Assembly (NCBI RefSeq): GCF_006345805.1
Contig: NC_043004.1
Location: 58,590,001-58,654,000 of the forward strand
Origin: Octopus sinensis
Lineage: Eukaryota
Length of the DNA: 64,000 nt
Reading direction: 5' to 3'
In this document: positions 37,950 through 53,009 of the stretch, one piece after another
Position numbering within the stretch: position 1 is the stretch's first letter
How the letters are laid out: the number at the start of each line of letters is the position of its first letter
The notes under the pieces: model-generated
What the model saw: the letters and a program-made list of their open reading frames with translations, nothing else
Told to the model about the DNA's origin: nothing
Database searches by the model: none
Translations under genes and position numbers: made by a program

Positions 37950-38367
37950 GAGGAGAGTGTGTTAGTTGATGCCCTCAACCCAAGTACTTAACTGGTACTT
38001 TATTTTTTTGATCCTGGGGGATTGAAAGGCAAAATTAATCTCAGTTGGATTTGAACTCAGGATATGAAAGTTCTGAAAGAAATACCACATGATGATTTGT
38101 TTTGATGTTTTAACAATTCTGATTGCACATCATCCATAATAAAAATAATCCTTTTTACTAAAGGCACAAAGCCTGAAATTTGGGTGGGAAACTCATCAAT
38201 TGCATCAACCTCCAGTGTTTCACTGGTACTTAATTTATTGACCCTGAAAGGATGAAAGGCAAAGTCAACCTCGGCAGAATTAGAACTCAGAATGTAACAA
38301 CAAGTGAAATACTGTTAAGCATTTTGTCCAGCATTCTAACAATTCTGCCAGCTCACTGCCTTGATCC

Positions 38368-38413
<46 letters not shown>

Positions 38414-39447
38414 CAGTTTCAAATTTTGGCAAAAGGCCAACAATTTTGAGAGAGGGTTTAGTTGGCTACATTAATTCTAGTGCACAACTGGTACTTATTT
38501 TACACACCCCAAAAGAGCAAAAGGCAAAGTTGGTCTTGGTGGAATTTTAACTCAGAACATAAAGACAGACAAAATGCTTCTAAGTATTTTGTCTGTCATG
38601 CTATCAGTTCTGCCAGCTCACCACCTTAACAATGAAAATAAAAATAAAAATAACAATGATAACCCTTTCTATTATAGACATAAGGCCTGAAATTTTGAGG
38701 AAGTGGTCTAGCCGTTAACATTGACCCCCAGTGGTTGACTCAGAAAAATGAAGGGCAAAATTGATCTTGGTGGAATTTGAACTCAGAATGTAAGGACAAA
38801 AGAAAGGCTGCTTAGAGAAGTATAATAAAAAAAAGTTACATTCTTAGCTAAAGGGAGTAATGTTTTGAAGTAATTAAACAGTGAAGAAATTAACACGTAA
38901 ATTAAAAATAATATGATAGAGGTTATTCCAGTAGAGTTCTAGTGAATTGCAGACAATTAAATAATTATATAATTAAAGGTAAAGAAAGTCAGTTTAAAAA
39001 TCTATTTTGGAAGTTAGAATAATGATAGAATTAGTGGAGAGATAAATAAAAAATATTGAGAGTTAGAGAATGATAGTTGAAAGGGTGGATTAAATCGAAG
39101 TGAAAGTGAGTACATTTAGATATTACTCTAAAAAGGGCTTTGAAATATTTCTAAAATATTTTCTAAATGTTTTAAAGAGAGTTTATTGAATCATTGTAAT
39201 AATTTAAGGTAAGAGTAATCTAGAACCTCAGATAATACTGGTTTTGAATTTTGGCACAAGACCAACAATTTCAAGGAGGGGCATGTCAATTACTTGCTCT
39301 AGTGCACAGTTGGTGCACTTTATCAACTTCAGAAGGATGAAAGGCAAAGTCTACCCCAGTGGCATTTGAACTCAGAACATAAAGTTAGAAAAATACCTCT
39401 AAGCATTTGTCCTGTGTGATAATATGATCCTGCCAGCTCAGTGCCTG
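37950..39447 (-). mobile_element. Cluster of ~5 same-orientation diverged family B SINEs
   Basis: Repeated GAAAGGCAAA.T...TTTGAACTCAG motif (with variants) at ~38025, 38255, 38520, 38752 and 39340. Confidence 0.75.
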
Positions 39448-40732
39448 GTGAGCCTCAGTTAATATTATTAAGAGTCACTTGTGGGTAAAAGCTTAGTTAG
39501 CCGCAGTGAGTAAAAGCTTAAAATATAAGAACCAATCTTCCTGTGTGAGAACATGTGAAGAGTGGAGGCAAAGCTTGTTGATTCCTCTCTATTTTTTAGT
39601 CACTGTCAGAATCAACTGCACTTCTCTGTGAGAATAGTATGGCAAGAAAAATTTCACTCTAGTCTTTTCTCCAAGACAAGCACTTCCCCTCTATCACAGT
39701 GGACATAACTTGTTACCAATGTTTTGTTAGAGTATGGTACATTCTGATAATGATGTACATTTGTATGTTTGAATACATACATATATTCATACATATATAC
39801 ATATATGTTTGTGTATATGCATATATCTATGTATAAATATATATGTGTCTGTGTTTATATATATATATCTGTTACACCTGCACATATATAAATGTATATA
39901 TATATATATATGTGTGTGTGTATATGTATGTCAGTGCATGTGTGTGTGTGTGTGTTTGTGTGTATGTGAAACAATGCAAACTAAAATACCAGATTTTCAA
40001 AAGTTTTAAGATAAGCACTTTTTAGATCTTTCACATACTTGTAAATATTTTTTTAAATATGCATTTTGAAGATCTACTACTGGTTCAAGAGTATCATTAA
40101 TAAGCACACATATATTTATTTAACTTTACATTTTTGAAATTCATTCAACTATATTTCAAACCTTACTATGAAGCATCCTAGAATTTGATTAGAACTGCAA
40201 TGCATTAGATGATAGTAATATGAAAATAAAATCTACTTTTTAATAAGGATTCTACTTTCCTCAAAATATCTTTCCTGACAAGTGTAAGTATGGAATGATA
40301 CATGGTGTGTATCAATTGCATAGATATATGCAATTTCTTTTTCTGTCAAGGGCTTATATGTTCCAGTATTAGACTATTTTCTATGGTGAACACTTATATG
40401 ATTAAGCTTACTTACAGAATTATATATCTTAGATATGCTTACTAAGAATTTTACAATAGATTTTGATGTTTACAGAGACGATGAGTCAACTGTAATGAAA
40501 GCACAGTTGGTCACAGTTCAGACAAATTCAAGAAGGAGCATAATTTATGCTTTTAGCCTATTTGCCCTTAAAATTCCTCAGATGACAGAAGGGCTCTGTA
40601 TTTCAATTTTTCTTTGCCCTATTGAAACTTTAGTCTTCTTTAAGTTAACATTGAAGCCCATTGATCTCAGGTTTTGCTACCAGATCAGTAATTCATTTTC
40701 TAAATCTTGAATAGCTTTGACTATAAGGACTA

Positions 40733-41004
40733 TGGGGTAGAAAGGGCTCCTTAGCCGTAGTGAAGGCAATCTATCTAGGGAGATAACCTTACAATAAATC
40801 ACTCGGTCCGTAGCTTAGAAATACTTGGTTGACGTCCAGCGGGAACAGCTTTGTTTCATGGAAGAGGAAAGACCTTCTTTAGTACTTGGTTGTACAATGC
40901 TTTCCAATGTGTGTAGTAGTGGCGCACGCACACATTATTAGCCATTTGAAAAGACTATGGAATTTAGTCTCGACCACGGTCGAACAATAATAATAATAAT
41001 AATA
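40733..41004 (+). mobile_element. TSD-flanked 5'-truncated retroposon of unidentified family
   Basis: TSD ATAAGGACTA at 40723-40732 and 41005-41014; 3' hairpin TCGACC-AC-GGTCGA followed by (AAT)n. Confidence 0.7.
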
Positions 41005-42119
41005 ATAAGGACTAGGCAATCAGCCGATAGGAGTTCTCAGGGACAGCTAATCTTAAACTCTTCTATCAATGCCTACAGGACAATAATGAAAAGGTGGGAC
41101 TTGAGGAGTGAATCTGATGATCCTACTGTCTACATACCAAATTTGTCACTGAACATATTGTTGATTCTCATCTTGCTGACTATGCCTCTTTACGTGGTTT
41201 GTAGAGCACTGAAAGGCCATTCATATATTGTTACTTCCTTAGTAATAACTGGGTTACAGAGTATGGAACCCTAGTTGAAAGCCTTCTCTAGACTAATGAG
41301 TGCTTATTCTTAGCCAAGTACTTCTGTTGTCTTACTAAAAAGGTGGTATCAATAATCCTTTTTATGCATACAAATCCAAAATAGTTCTTCATGTAGTCTA
41401 ATTTTTCTCCCAATCAATTGAAAGCGCAGATAATCGTGATTGATGGTGATAATGTCTGTGTCGATAATGAGGATGGCAATGAAGATGATAATAAGGTGGC
41501 AGACGAAAACGAGAAGAGATGATGATGATGATGAAGAAGAGATGATGAGAAGAGATGATGATGATGATGATGTTGAAAGTGCTGGTGGTTGCGATGGTGG
41601 GGATTATTGCACTGGCGAGGTTGAGGGAGATGCCTGAGACGAATGTCGATGACAGTGACGATGATGATGATATTGACGGCGCCAAAAGTATTAAAAACAA
41701 TAATAATCATCTACAATAGAATTCTGCTTATCGATTAGCACCTGCTTATGTTTATTTGTTCGAATGTTACGTTTTCGGATCTAACCTATATTCCAAAAAC
41801 GAGAACTCTGACGGCGATAATCCAGAATATTCAAATCAACCAACAAGAATAATATAATAAGAGAAAATGGTTCAATAATGGTGGAACGAAGTCGGAGTAT
41901 TCCATAGAGGTTCGGTTCCACATTCTGATGGCATTACCCAACACGGTCGTCACCTGTCTAATAAGTTATACGCTTCCCTTTTCAAAAGGACAAAATAATC
42001 GATTTTGGTAGATAACTCCTTATCTAATTTTCATTATCTGGTCTAACAATGCTTCAGTAATTGCCCCTTTCTAGTGCCTCTCCTTTTGTTCTTGTGTCAT
42101 CGGACAAAGATACTGTTTT

Positions 42120-42290
42120 ACCAGATGATGGTAGTTATGTCTTCCTGCCCGACCTGATTTGCTGGGGAAGTGACTACAGTGTACTCAATTCCATCACACA
42201 TTTTAATCATCTTAGCATTTATCTCTGATGCTCCAGCTGCTTTCCTGACCTTCATATCTTTATCTGCATTTGCTCCCAAACTGTTACTAA
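42120..42290 (-). mobile_element. Ancient RTE-type RT N-terminal remnant
   Basis: Minus-strand KDMKVRKAAGASEINAKMIKMCDG resembles the MKxGKAxGxSxIxAEMxK motif. Confidence 0.5.
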
Positions 42291-42540
42291 TAAGAATAGC
42301 TGGTTTCTCTCTGAAGTCAGCATAAGAAAGACCTTTTTCTCAGATGTATGTGTGTCTAATGTATTTTCAGTATACATAAACATATATGAGTGTAACTGTA
42401 TGTATATATGTATGTATGTATGTCAATAAAATATGCCTTCTTTTTATGTGAAAAAAGTTTTAGAATATGCTGTCCTTTATCTATAGGATACTCAAATAAG
42501 TAATTGCACACCCAGATGCATATACATACACTGCATATGC

Positions 42541-42620
<80 letters not shown>

Positions 42621-45600
42621 TAGTTACAGAGCTCATTAGAATCTAGGTGTGTCAACACATAGTATACATGGATTGGCTAGGTATCATAACATTGAGGTGT
42701 TGGTTGTGTACTGCAGGAATGTATATATGTAAATAAGTACCAAATCTGATATAAACTGTAGATCTGACTCATTATTGGTTCCGGAACACAAATGGGATTT
42801 ATGAGTATATCAATAAAATTCTACCGAAACAGCTGTAGTAAATTTTAAACTCCATTTGTGCTCTTCTTTGTGTGTGTGTGTTTATTTATGTATGTATGTG
42901 AAAATATGAGTGCATGTGTGCATGCAGGCACATACGTACATATATATATATAGATATACACACACACATTTATAAACATATGCATATGTACATATGTATA
43001 TGTATATCATGTATATACTACCAAGTGATATTATCTACTGTGACATCACGTGACCCCTCTTGACCAGTTGCAGCCCAACTCTCAGTAGCCATTTTTGACC
43101 TCCTGTACCTCTACATTCATTCGGCTATTCTACAGGCCTGAGGAGACAAGTTCCATTAGGGGCCTGCAAAACTTGAGGTAGCATGGAATCCAAATCAAGT
43201 TGTCTTGAATAATACATGTAATTACTAATAAATGTGTTGAGTGCCCTTTCTGTAATTTGTCCAATCACTCACATCTTATATATATATACATACACACATA
43301 TACCAGATAGTGGATCTATTTTGTGTTCATATCTTATTTTATCTTTTGATCAGGTATAATTCTGCAAGTACCTTACCATTCATTGTTGCCTACAGAAATA
43401 TTTTCCAGGCTTACTGCTTTTCCTTTCAAACATTTTTTGTTAAAAATACTCATTTATCGAATTATCATTTATGCTTTCATGGTAGTACTTATCTTGAGCT
43501 TTCAGCATAGATGTTTCCATTTAATCCTTTTACTAAGTTAAATATATCTTCTTAACCATTATCTTATACTGTTTTATATTTTAAACATTTAGTATTTCCC
43601 CCACCCCCCCTCGGAAGCACATCATTTTTTTCAATAATTGCATCTTGAATGTTAAGCTTCTTTTCTCTTTGGCATAAACTATTTTAAACAGAATTTCTTT
43701 TCCATATGAGGCAACTCATCAAGAAATAGGTATTTGGATATTTTCATAATAGCATTGCTTTCAGTAATATCTCTAAATATCTATTGTTTGAGTTTCATTT
43801 CTGCAACAAACAAAAGCTCCATTATCATCTTGTTTTGTCCCCTTGTTTAGCTCCTTACTTTCATGATCATTTATTTCCAATCTGGACTATTTCTGACAAA
43901 TTGTCATGTATATATTACTAAACATCTTTATTTATCATCATTTCTTTCTCTTTTTTTTTTTACTTTTTTGTGTCACTCAGACTTCCTATGTGCCTCTAAC
44001 ATTTTGAATTTAACTAAGTCTATTTTGATAAGACATTCTAAAAATTATTCTTCAATTTACATAAAAGTACTGAGGTCTATATAACAATCATTTATTGTTA
44101 TTAGGTGGCAAAATGGCTTTATGCCAATATCTTTTCCATATCACTCAAATGTTGTTGGCTCTTTTCTGATAAAGTTTTGAAAAAAGTTAATCTTGTTTGA
44201 CTGAATATAGCATCAATCAGATATTACACCAAATTCATTTTAACTCTGAAAGGTAAGACTACAGTGCATGTAAATCTATCTTGAATGTAATAATATTGAG
44301 GATAAATAGATAGGTAAGTTTTACCAAAGTAAATCGCTTTAAAGATGAACAGATTAGAATGAAAGTAATATATTATAAAATGTGATTAGGATTAGATTTT
44401 TAATAATATAATAATAGGAATTGTTATAACAACAAATGAAAAAAAAATTCTAACAAATTTCAATCAGGAAAGCAAAATGTCAAGAAAAGCAAAAGCAAAG
44501 AAATGTTTCAGATAATAATAGGATATCACACAAACAGTTCCTTCAGAAGACTATGGTTGAATGATCTTAACTTTGAATATAACATCGAAGTTAACTGAGG
44601 CAATATATAATAGTTTATTGCCCATATAATTACTTAGTCAAAGAATATTATATTCTAGTTTTCATAATTTCAAATGTTTGGTTGCAATTTATAAATGTAT
44701 ACTTCAATCACTTCACAACTTTTTAAGAATTTATTTACTTTACCAATATTCAAAGTACGCGGTATCTATTCTATTTATTAGTAGAGTCTATAATATCAAA
44801 AACGAAAAAAAAAGGAATGTTTAGTTATATATTTATAAACATCTTAAAAACGTTGTTTGCTTAAATAATTTACTTTAATCTTTTCAAAATTTAATAGTAT
44901 TAGTTATATTATTTTAAAACTGTTATTTGTAAACATGTTTGAGTTTGTTTATTTTTATGCATTGAATGATCATCTTGTACATTTTTACATTCAGATTACT
45001 TTTATTTCAATATTATTTTCATGTTTTGTCTTTTTTTATTTATTTATTTATTTATTTATTTTTCCTCATATCAAAATAATTGCAAATGGTGGTTTGATTG
45101 AAATAACAATTAGCAGAATCTTTGAAGTATATAGACTTGAAAAGCAAAATTGGTCCATATCAAAGGTTGTTACAATTATCATTAGGAAAATTTCACAGTG
45201 AGAAGCTTATAGTGATTCAATTTCATTAAGTATAAGATTTTCATTGTGTGATTAAAACTTTCCCTTCCAGATGAGAGATTTCTTCTCCAGTGAGAGGTGA
45301 GTCAGTCATATCAGGGCCATATTGAATTGCACCTCACCTAACAGACAGCTGGTGTGACCAACACCAATCAGGAAGTATTCCCCATAACATCTTACTGTTG
45401 TCTTCATAACTTTGGAAAAAAAAACAATCAAATATACAGCTATATATATATGGAAGATCATTGAAACAGAAAATTAAAGCATGGCACAATTATATATTTT
45501 TAATACAATTGGCAGTTTCTTTTAGAACCATACAAAGATTTTCTAAAACATCACTTATACTTCTAAATATATAATTATTTACATTTTATAAATATAAAAA

Positions 45601-46509
45601 AAATCCTGTTTTAGTTATTCTAAAGTACACAGATTTGTGACTAATAATTTCCTTCCACTATTATGGATTATTTCATTTAATAAATGTTATTAAGGGAATT
45701 ATAGAGAAATATTTTCTGCACAAAATTGCTGTCTGATATTTACAAATAAAATAATTAAGTTAAAAATGCATACACTAACTTCTTGAATTAAATATTTACC
45801 TTTCATTATAATAATTACTACATCACATGATATATTATGGAAGTCAGTCAAGTGAATTTTTAAAACTAAGTACAAGTGTTTTGTATCATGATTTTTTTTA
45901 TTTTTATAAATTGCCAATAAATTCGCAGACATACATTGAGAGACATACAACCAGTCTAGCTGTGTAAATAGACTAAATGGTTAGTGCACAGTGTTCTCAT
46001 TGTAGGAAAAGTTTGGAAACATCCAAGTGATTCTAGCCATCTTATTGTCACACAAAGAGGCAGCAGTGTAAAGCTAAACTCACTGTCTTAGTACTTTATA
46101 TTTGTTTTAGGACAACATTTTATCATGGAACACATAACAATTAACCCCAGCATATTAATATTTGACATATACTTCTCATAGGATTGAAAAATAAGTAATG
46201 AGGTACCACAAAAAATACTTCATAACAATTAGGCTAGCTCTCTAATATCTTGACTATTTCCATTACTCAAACAGCCATTAAAAATATATTTAACCCTTTA
46301 GCATTTAAACCGGCCATATCCGGCCAAAAGTATTCTACCTGTTTTATGTTCAAACTGACCAGGTCTGACCTCTCATACCAACCCTACAATATCGTTTTAA
46401 AAATTAACAGCTACCTCATCAAAATCTCATAGCTACAAGATTAATGCATGATTAGTTCAAAATAAAGTGGATGAAAAAGCATTAAATTTTATAGAATAAT
46501 GCAAACACT

Positions 46510-46885
46510 AAAGGATTAATGGGTTTATCTGCATTTGATAGAATAGGGTAAAGGGTAAAGATCCTCTTTGGTCATGAATGACCATGATATTGGACCTAGA
46601 AAGTTGCCCTCCATGGCACAAATGCAAGCAAAGTTGTTTATGGAAGACCAACGGACACCCATGCATACCAGCCTCTCCTCTCCATGCCACTGATGTTATC
46701 CTAGGGAAAGACAAAGGCTGACAGAGCTTGGTACCAGTAATGTTACAACTCATTTCTATAGCTGAGTGAAATGGAGCTATCTGAAATTGTCTTGCTCAAA
46801 AACACAACACACCGCCCAGTCTGAGAATCAAACTCACTACCTCATGATTGTGAGCCCAATGCTCTAACTACTGAGCCATGCATTT
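46510..46885 (-). mobile_element. SINE family C, diverged
   Basis: Reverse-complement match to 24755-25094. Confidence 0.75.
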
Positions 46886-47232
46886 GATAAAAGGAGGCAA
46901 AAATCACACTGAAGATATGTGTATCATAGTCTGCTGATATAGCTTGGTACTTTGTTTTTACACTCAAAGTATATTGTGACAAATTGTTCTCGAACACAAA
47001 ATCATGCTGTGACTGCCATGCACATTCGAATGTGTGGAAGCATATTAAAAATAAATGTATGCATCATTATTTGATATTTGCTGCCTCATGCACTTATACT
47101 GAATATATATATATATATATATATATATCAATAATAAAGGGTGAAATTAATTAATTTAGAAATAATCATTAATTTCACCAAGTAGAGTTCGGCATGTAAA
47201 AGCCCCATTCAAGGAAGGTTTAAGTAATACTA

Positions 47233-47410
47233 AAGGGTTCAGCAACGATTTGCCTCACCACACACCGAATTTAGAAATAGCAGTCACAAAGTTTTGGCTA
47301 TTCTTTCTACTTAAAAGGGAGATCCCTTTTAAGTAGAAAGAATAGCCAAAACTTTGTGACTGCTATTTCTAAATTCAGTGTGTGGTGAGGCAAATCGTTG
47401 CTAAACCCTT
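47233..47410. repeat. Palindrome, 88-bp arms, 2-nt loop, 2 mismatches
   Basis: AAGGGTTCAGCAACG...TTAAAAGGGA [GA] TCCCTTTTAA...CGTTGCTAAACCCTT. Confidence 0.92.
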
Positions 47411-47830
47411 AATTACTTAGTATATATATATATATATATATAATATATATATATATGCATAAAGGTGTGGATGTATATGTGTGTGTATGAAAATTTTATG
47501 TCTAATGCAGCTTAATTTCATAAATATTCTTCGAAGTTTTTTATTATATAGACATTAAACTATTAAACTACATTTAGAAGTATGTGAAAAAACTAATATA
47601 TTAATTCTCTGGTGACACTTTTTGAATTGTAGTGGCTAGCTTGGGTTTTCTAGTTCCCTAGGGTAGAGCACAAAATTAGTTCCAAGTGTTCTTATCTCAT
47701 ATCATGTGCACTTCATACCCACAATTCCCAGCTGTATTCAATTGCTAATAGAGGAACAAGACCCACCAAGTTATCTAGGATTTGGCCTTGTACATAAAGA
47801 TTTTTATGCTAATCTATTGACTTTTCTTCA

Positions 47831-48150
47831 GTGAAGGCACATGGCTTGGTGGTTTGGGTATTCAGGTTACAATCATAAGGTCATGAGTTCAGTTCCTGGT
47901 GGTGCATTATGTCCTTGAGTAAGACACTTCATTTCATCTTGCTCCAGTCTACTCAGCTAGCAAAATTGAGAAGTACCTGTAATTCAATGGGCCAGCCTTG
48001 TCACATTCTGTGTTACTCTGAATCTCCTTGAGAACTATGTTAAGGTACAAGCGTCTGTAGCATGCTCAGTCACTTTCACATTACTTTCACTAGCAGGCTG
48101 TTCCATTGATTCGATCAACAGGAACCCTCATCACCATAACAAGTGAAGTG
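47831..48150 (+). mobile_element. tRNA-derived SINE (family C head, family D tail), diverged
   Basis: Head GTGAAGGCACATGGCTTGGTGG as at 24755. Tail GGCCAGCCTTGTCACATTCTGTG...GAGAACTATGTTAAGG...GATCAACAGGAACCCTC as at 6785-6940. Confidence 0.75.
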
Positions 48151-48955
48151 TCAGTCATTGACTTTTCATTGGTCTTGAGCCAAATTCATACATACATAAG
48201 CAAGCATGGTAGAATAGAGTTTGGTTCATAATCCTGAAGCCCTAGATTTAATCCTAATGAGTAACACCTTGGATAAGTGCCTTTACCATAGCTTCATGTT
48301 GCTCCTAAAGTGAATTAAAGTAGATGGTAATTGCAAAGAAGCCTGTCAGATAGAGTGCTGAAACCTGGAATTCAAAGGTCCAGCTTTAACAAATTCTGTT
48401 ACACTGAATGTTCAAGAGAATTGCATTGAGACTATACATGACTGAGGAATACTCTGCTACTTTTTATCCTAATTCAATGAGTAGGTCATCCGTTTGATTG
48501 CACAAGTGGATGCATTACTTCTATTTCAATGGAAAAGTCCATCACATGCATGTGTGTGTGTGTGTGTGTGTGTTTGTATTTATACATATAGATTCAGTTC
48601 TTCTCAACTTTCTCCAGAAGTATGCGACACATTTTTGTTTTGTTTTTTTTATATAGAAAACAAAAACAGATATACTGGAAATATATTTTAGAGAGACTCT
48701 GCTAGTCTGAAACATGATATTTAATAAAATGCTTGTTTACCTTTATACACAAAATATTTTTCAGAAAATACACGCACACACGTATGTATATTTATATGTA
48801 TGTATATATATATGTATATTTATATATATATATATATATGCATATATATATATATATGTGTGTGTGCAAATGTGTGTGTATGTATATATATATGCATATG
48901 TGTGTGTATGTATATATATATATATATATATATATGCATATGTGTGTGTGTATAT

Positions 48956-48999
<44 letters not shown>

Positions 49000-51636
49000 C
49001 ATACATGTAGTGAGAGAGATTATTTATAAAAAGGAGACATATATATATACCTACACACACACAACATATATATATATATATATATATATAAGTTGTTCAG
49101 AAGTGAATAAAACTTTTATGCATGTATGAAAAAGAAATCTTTGTTTCATATTCCAAAAATATTTTTTGTGGTAAACAGATATCAGCTCAAGAAAAATATA
49201 AACCATTTTGAAATACCAAAACAAAAACATCTAAACCAGTTGTACACATCAGCCAGTTTTATTGTTTTATTTAACTGTTATCTTGTTTAAGTAAGATAGA
49301 GGCTTAGTGATGGGCAAGGTATATCTTATAAAATCAGGTTGAGATTATTATAGTTTTATGAAGTTTGATCAGATTTTGTTTCACATTTTTTTTTCTTTAG
49401 TATTATTAAACAATAAGCCAGGGTAATGATACTCTTCGGATAAAATGTCTTGAAAGTTTATAAGTGTTTAATGGATTTCTTGTGGAAGTTCCTACCAGCT
49501 GGGTAGATCTATTAGACACCACATTAACAACATTGAAATAATTCTAATGCTTTTTGGACTTCACATGATGTCCAAATACCTACCTAATATCATGCTAGGA
49601 GGAACAACACACTGTATTGTCTTTTAAGAAATATGGCAATTTATATTATATTTAGTTCAGATTAAATAGTATTATCAAACATTAAAATAATTATTATAAT
49701 TTAATGCTAATTTTCTATAATTGACAACTTCTTGGAAATAATGACTTCATCAAAGATATAAATGTATTTAAATTACTCCAGCAAAATCTGGTTGTAGAAT
49801 TCAGTTGAAAAGCTTCAGCACATGTATAATTTCTAATCAACTATAATTAAATCAAATTCTCATCAAGCTACTAGTGTCCTTGATTGCATTTTTTTTTGTC
49901 TTTTGTTTATTTATTTATTTTTGTTATACTGATCATTTAGAAAATTAAAAATTTCAGCAAATAATATTCAAACGATAACTCTTTATGAAAGTAATGACTT
50001 CCAACCTCCATGAATCTTTTACAATTTAGTATGATAAATATTTATATAATTAACATCAGAGAGTAAATGAAAGCTTAATAATTTTACAAAAATATTGTCT
50101 GAAATTTATGATTCATAAAATGTATATATAAAAATTACAGAAAAAAAAACTCAATATACGTATATATTTTTACACTTTAACTATTTTTCAGTAGCAATAA
50201 AATTCTTTGTTTTTGAATGATCTTCCATGCTAGCTGGTGTCACAAGCTCACAAGCAACATAGTACTTGGCACAAATCATGGAAATGTTTTGAGTTATTTT
50301 GTATGGTTTTGCTTCCTACATGATTCATGAATTTTTTGGAATTAAAAAATAAGCTACAACAATTTCATAATTTCTTTTATTTAATATTTAAAAACCATAT
50401 TTTCTCTAGGAATACAAATAATAACAACAGTAATAATAATTATACTGGTGGCAATGATTTCTTTTGATTAAGTAAAAGGTTAATTATTTTTAGAGTAGTT
50501 GCAAACATTAATTAATTTGACCTTTATGTATTACTCATAATTATTTTATCAATTTTATCAAATCCAGAAAGATGAAAATAAAGAAAACCTCAATGAACTT
50601 TCAATTTAGGACCCAGAGGAATCAAATTATGGATATCTATGGATACTGTAAAACATCTAGACAGTTTCCTTATATTGTTGTTATCACTATGGTCTTCGTA
50701 ACAATAATAGACAGACATATACTCAAATTCTCCATTTCACAAACATTTGACAGAAATATTTTTGAAGTTTCCTGAAAAGAGCTAGACTATTAAGATTGGA
50801 TATTTTCTCATTTGCAGTTAACAGAAGTGACTATAAATCTAGACATGTAGATTTAAATGACTTGTTCAAGTTAGAATCTCTACTTTCAGTAGATGAAATT
50901 CCAGTTTCTTACAAACCACATCACCCAGCATTACACAGCTCAAGAGTAGCTATGCTAGACACAATCCACATTCTATACAAGACACATTCAATTCCATAGC
51001 ACAACTCACACAGCACACTCACTGCATGCAACTGTTAAGCCTACCAAAACCAATACGATTAACATCCAATAAAACTACGCAACACATATTCTCACATGAC
51101 TAATACTTGGCACTAAAGCATCATATAAGCATAAAACACCAGTAACACCAGAAACAACAAATCAAGCTACACAACAAAGTATAATGGGTGAAGAATGACA
51201 ACACAGTTCTACAGTGGCTGCTCACACCTCAAGAAGATGATGATGTACCTACCTAGTGGTGCTGTAGAAACTCACATAAAGCAGTTGAAATTCATCATTG
51301 CTTTCATTGTTTACTCATCCACTTTTCTCATGCTTTCTTTAGCCAGATGGAAATATTTTGGTGTAGATTATTTACTGCCGGATGCCCTTCCTGTTCTCAA
51401 CCATCACTTGCTGCTAAGCACAGTGATATTTCTCCACGGCCAGACACGTTTTTCATGAAAGATAAGATATGAACAACATCACATATGGCAATGATGTTTA
51501 TTCACTATGACCAAACAATATCAAGACAAGGGTGCGCACAAATACACACACACACACATATACACACATGCAAACATACATACATACATGCATGCATACA
51601 TACATACATGCATATAAATACACACACACATATATA

Positions 51637-52455
<819 letters not shown>

Positions 52456-52784
52456 ATATATATATATATACATATAAATATATATATATATATACATATA
52501 TAATATGTATATATATATAAACAAAGGCTTTCTTCAGTTTTTATCTGCCAGATCTATTCAAGAAACTTTTGATTGGCCCAGAGCTAAAGTAGCAAACACT
52601 TGCCCAAGGTGTCATACAGTGAACTGAACCCACTATCATATGTTTGAAAACATACCTATATCTGTACCTGTCACAGGATAGTTGCAACTAATGGTAATAA
52701 TATCAACAACAACAGTAATTACGCAAGATTCTGATTTAGGCACAAAGCCAGCATTTTAAAGAAGAGGGAGTTAGTTGATACCTA

Positions 52785-53009
52785 TTTCTTTATTACCCAC
52801 AAGGGGCTAAACATAGAAGGGACAAAGACAGACATAGGTATTAAGTCGATTACATCGACTCTAGTGTGTAACTGGTACTTAATTTATCGACCCCGAAAGG
52901 ATGAAAGGCAAAGTCGACCTCGGCGGAATTCGAACTCACAACGTAACGCAGACGAAATACCGCTAAGCATTTCGCCTGGCGTGCTAACGTTTCTGCCAGC
53001 TCGCCGCCT
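52785..53009 (-). mobile_element. SINE family B, young copy
   Basis: Very similar to 10126-10351. Confidence 0.88.

Noticed and set aside
50560-51110. Coding-like composition with an acceptor at ~50817
   Set aside because: Frames are interrupted and no homology was recognised; possibly a decayed TE ORF.
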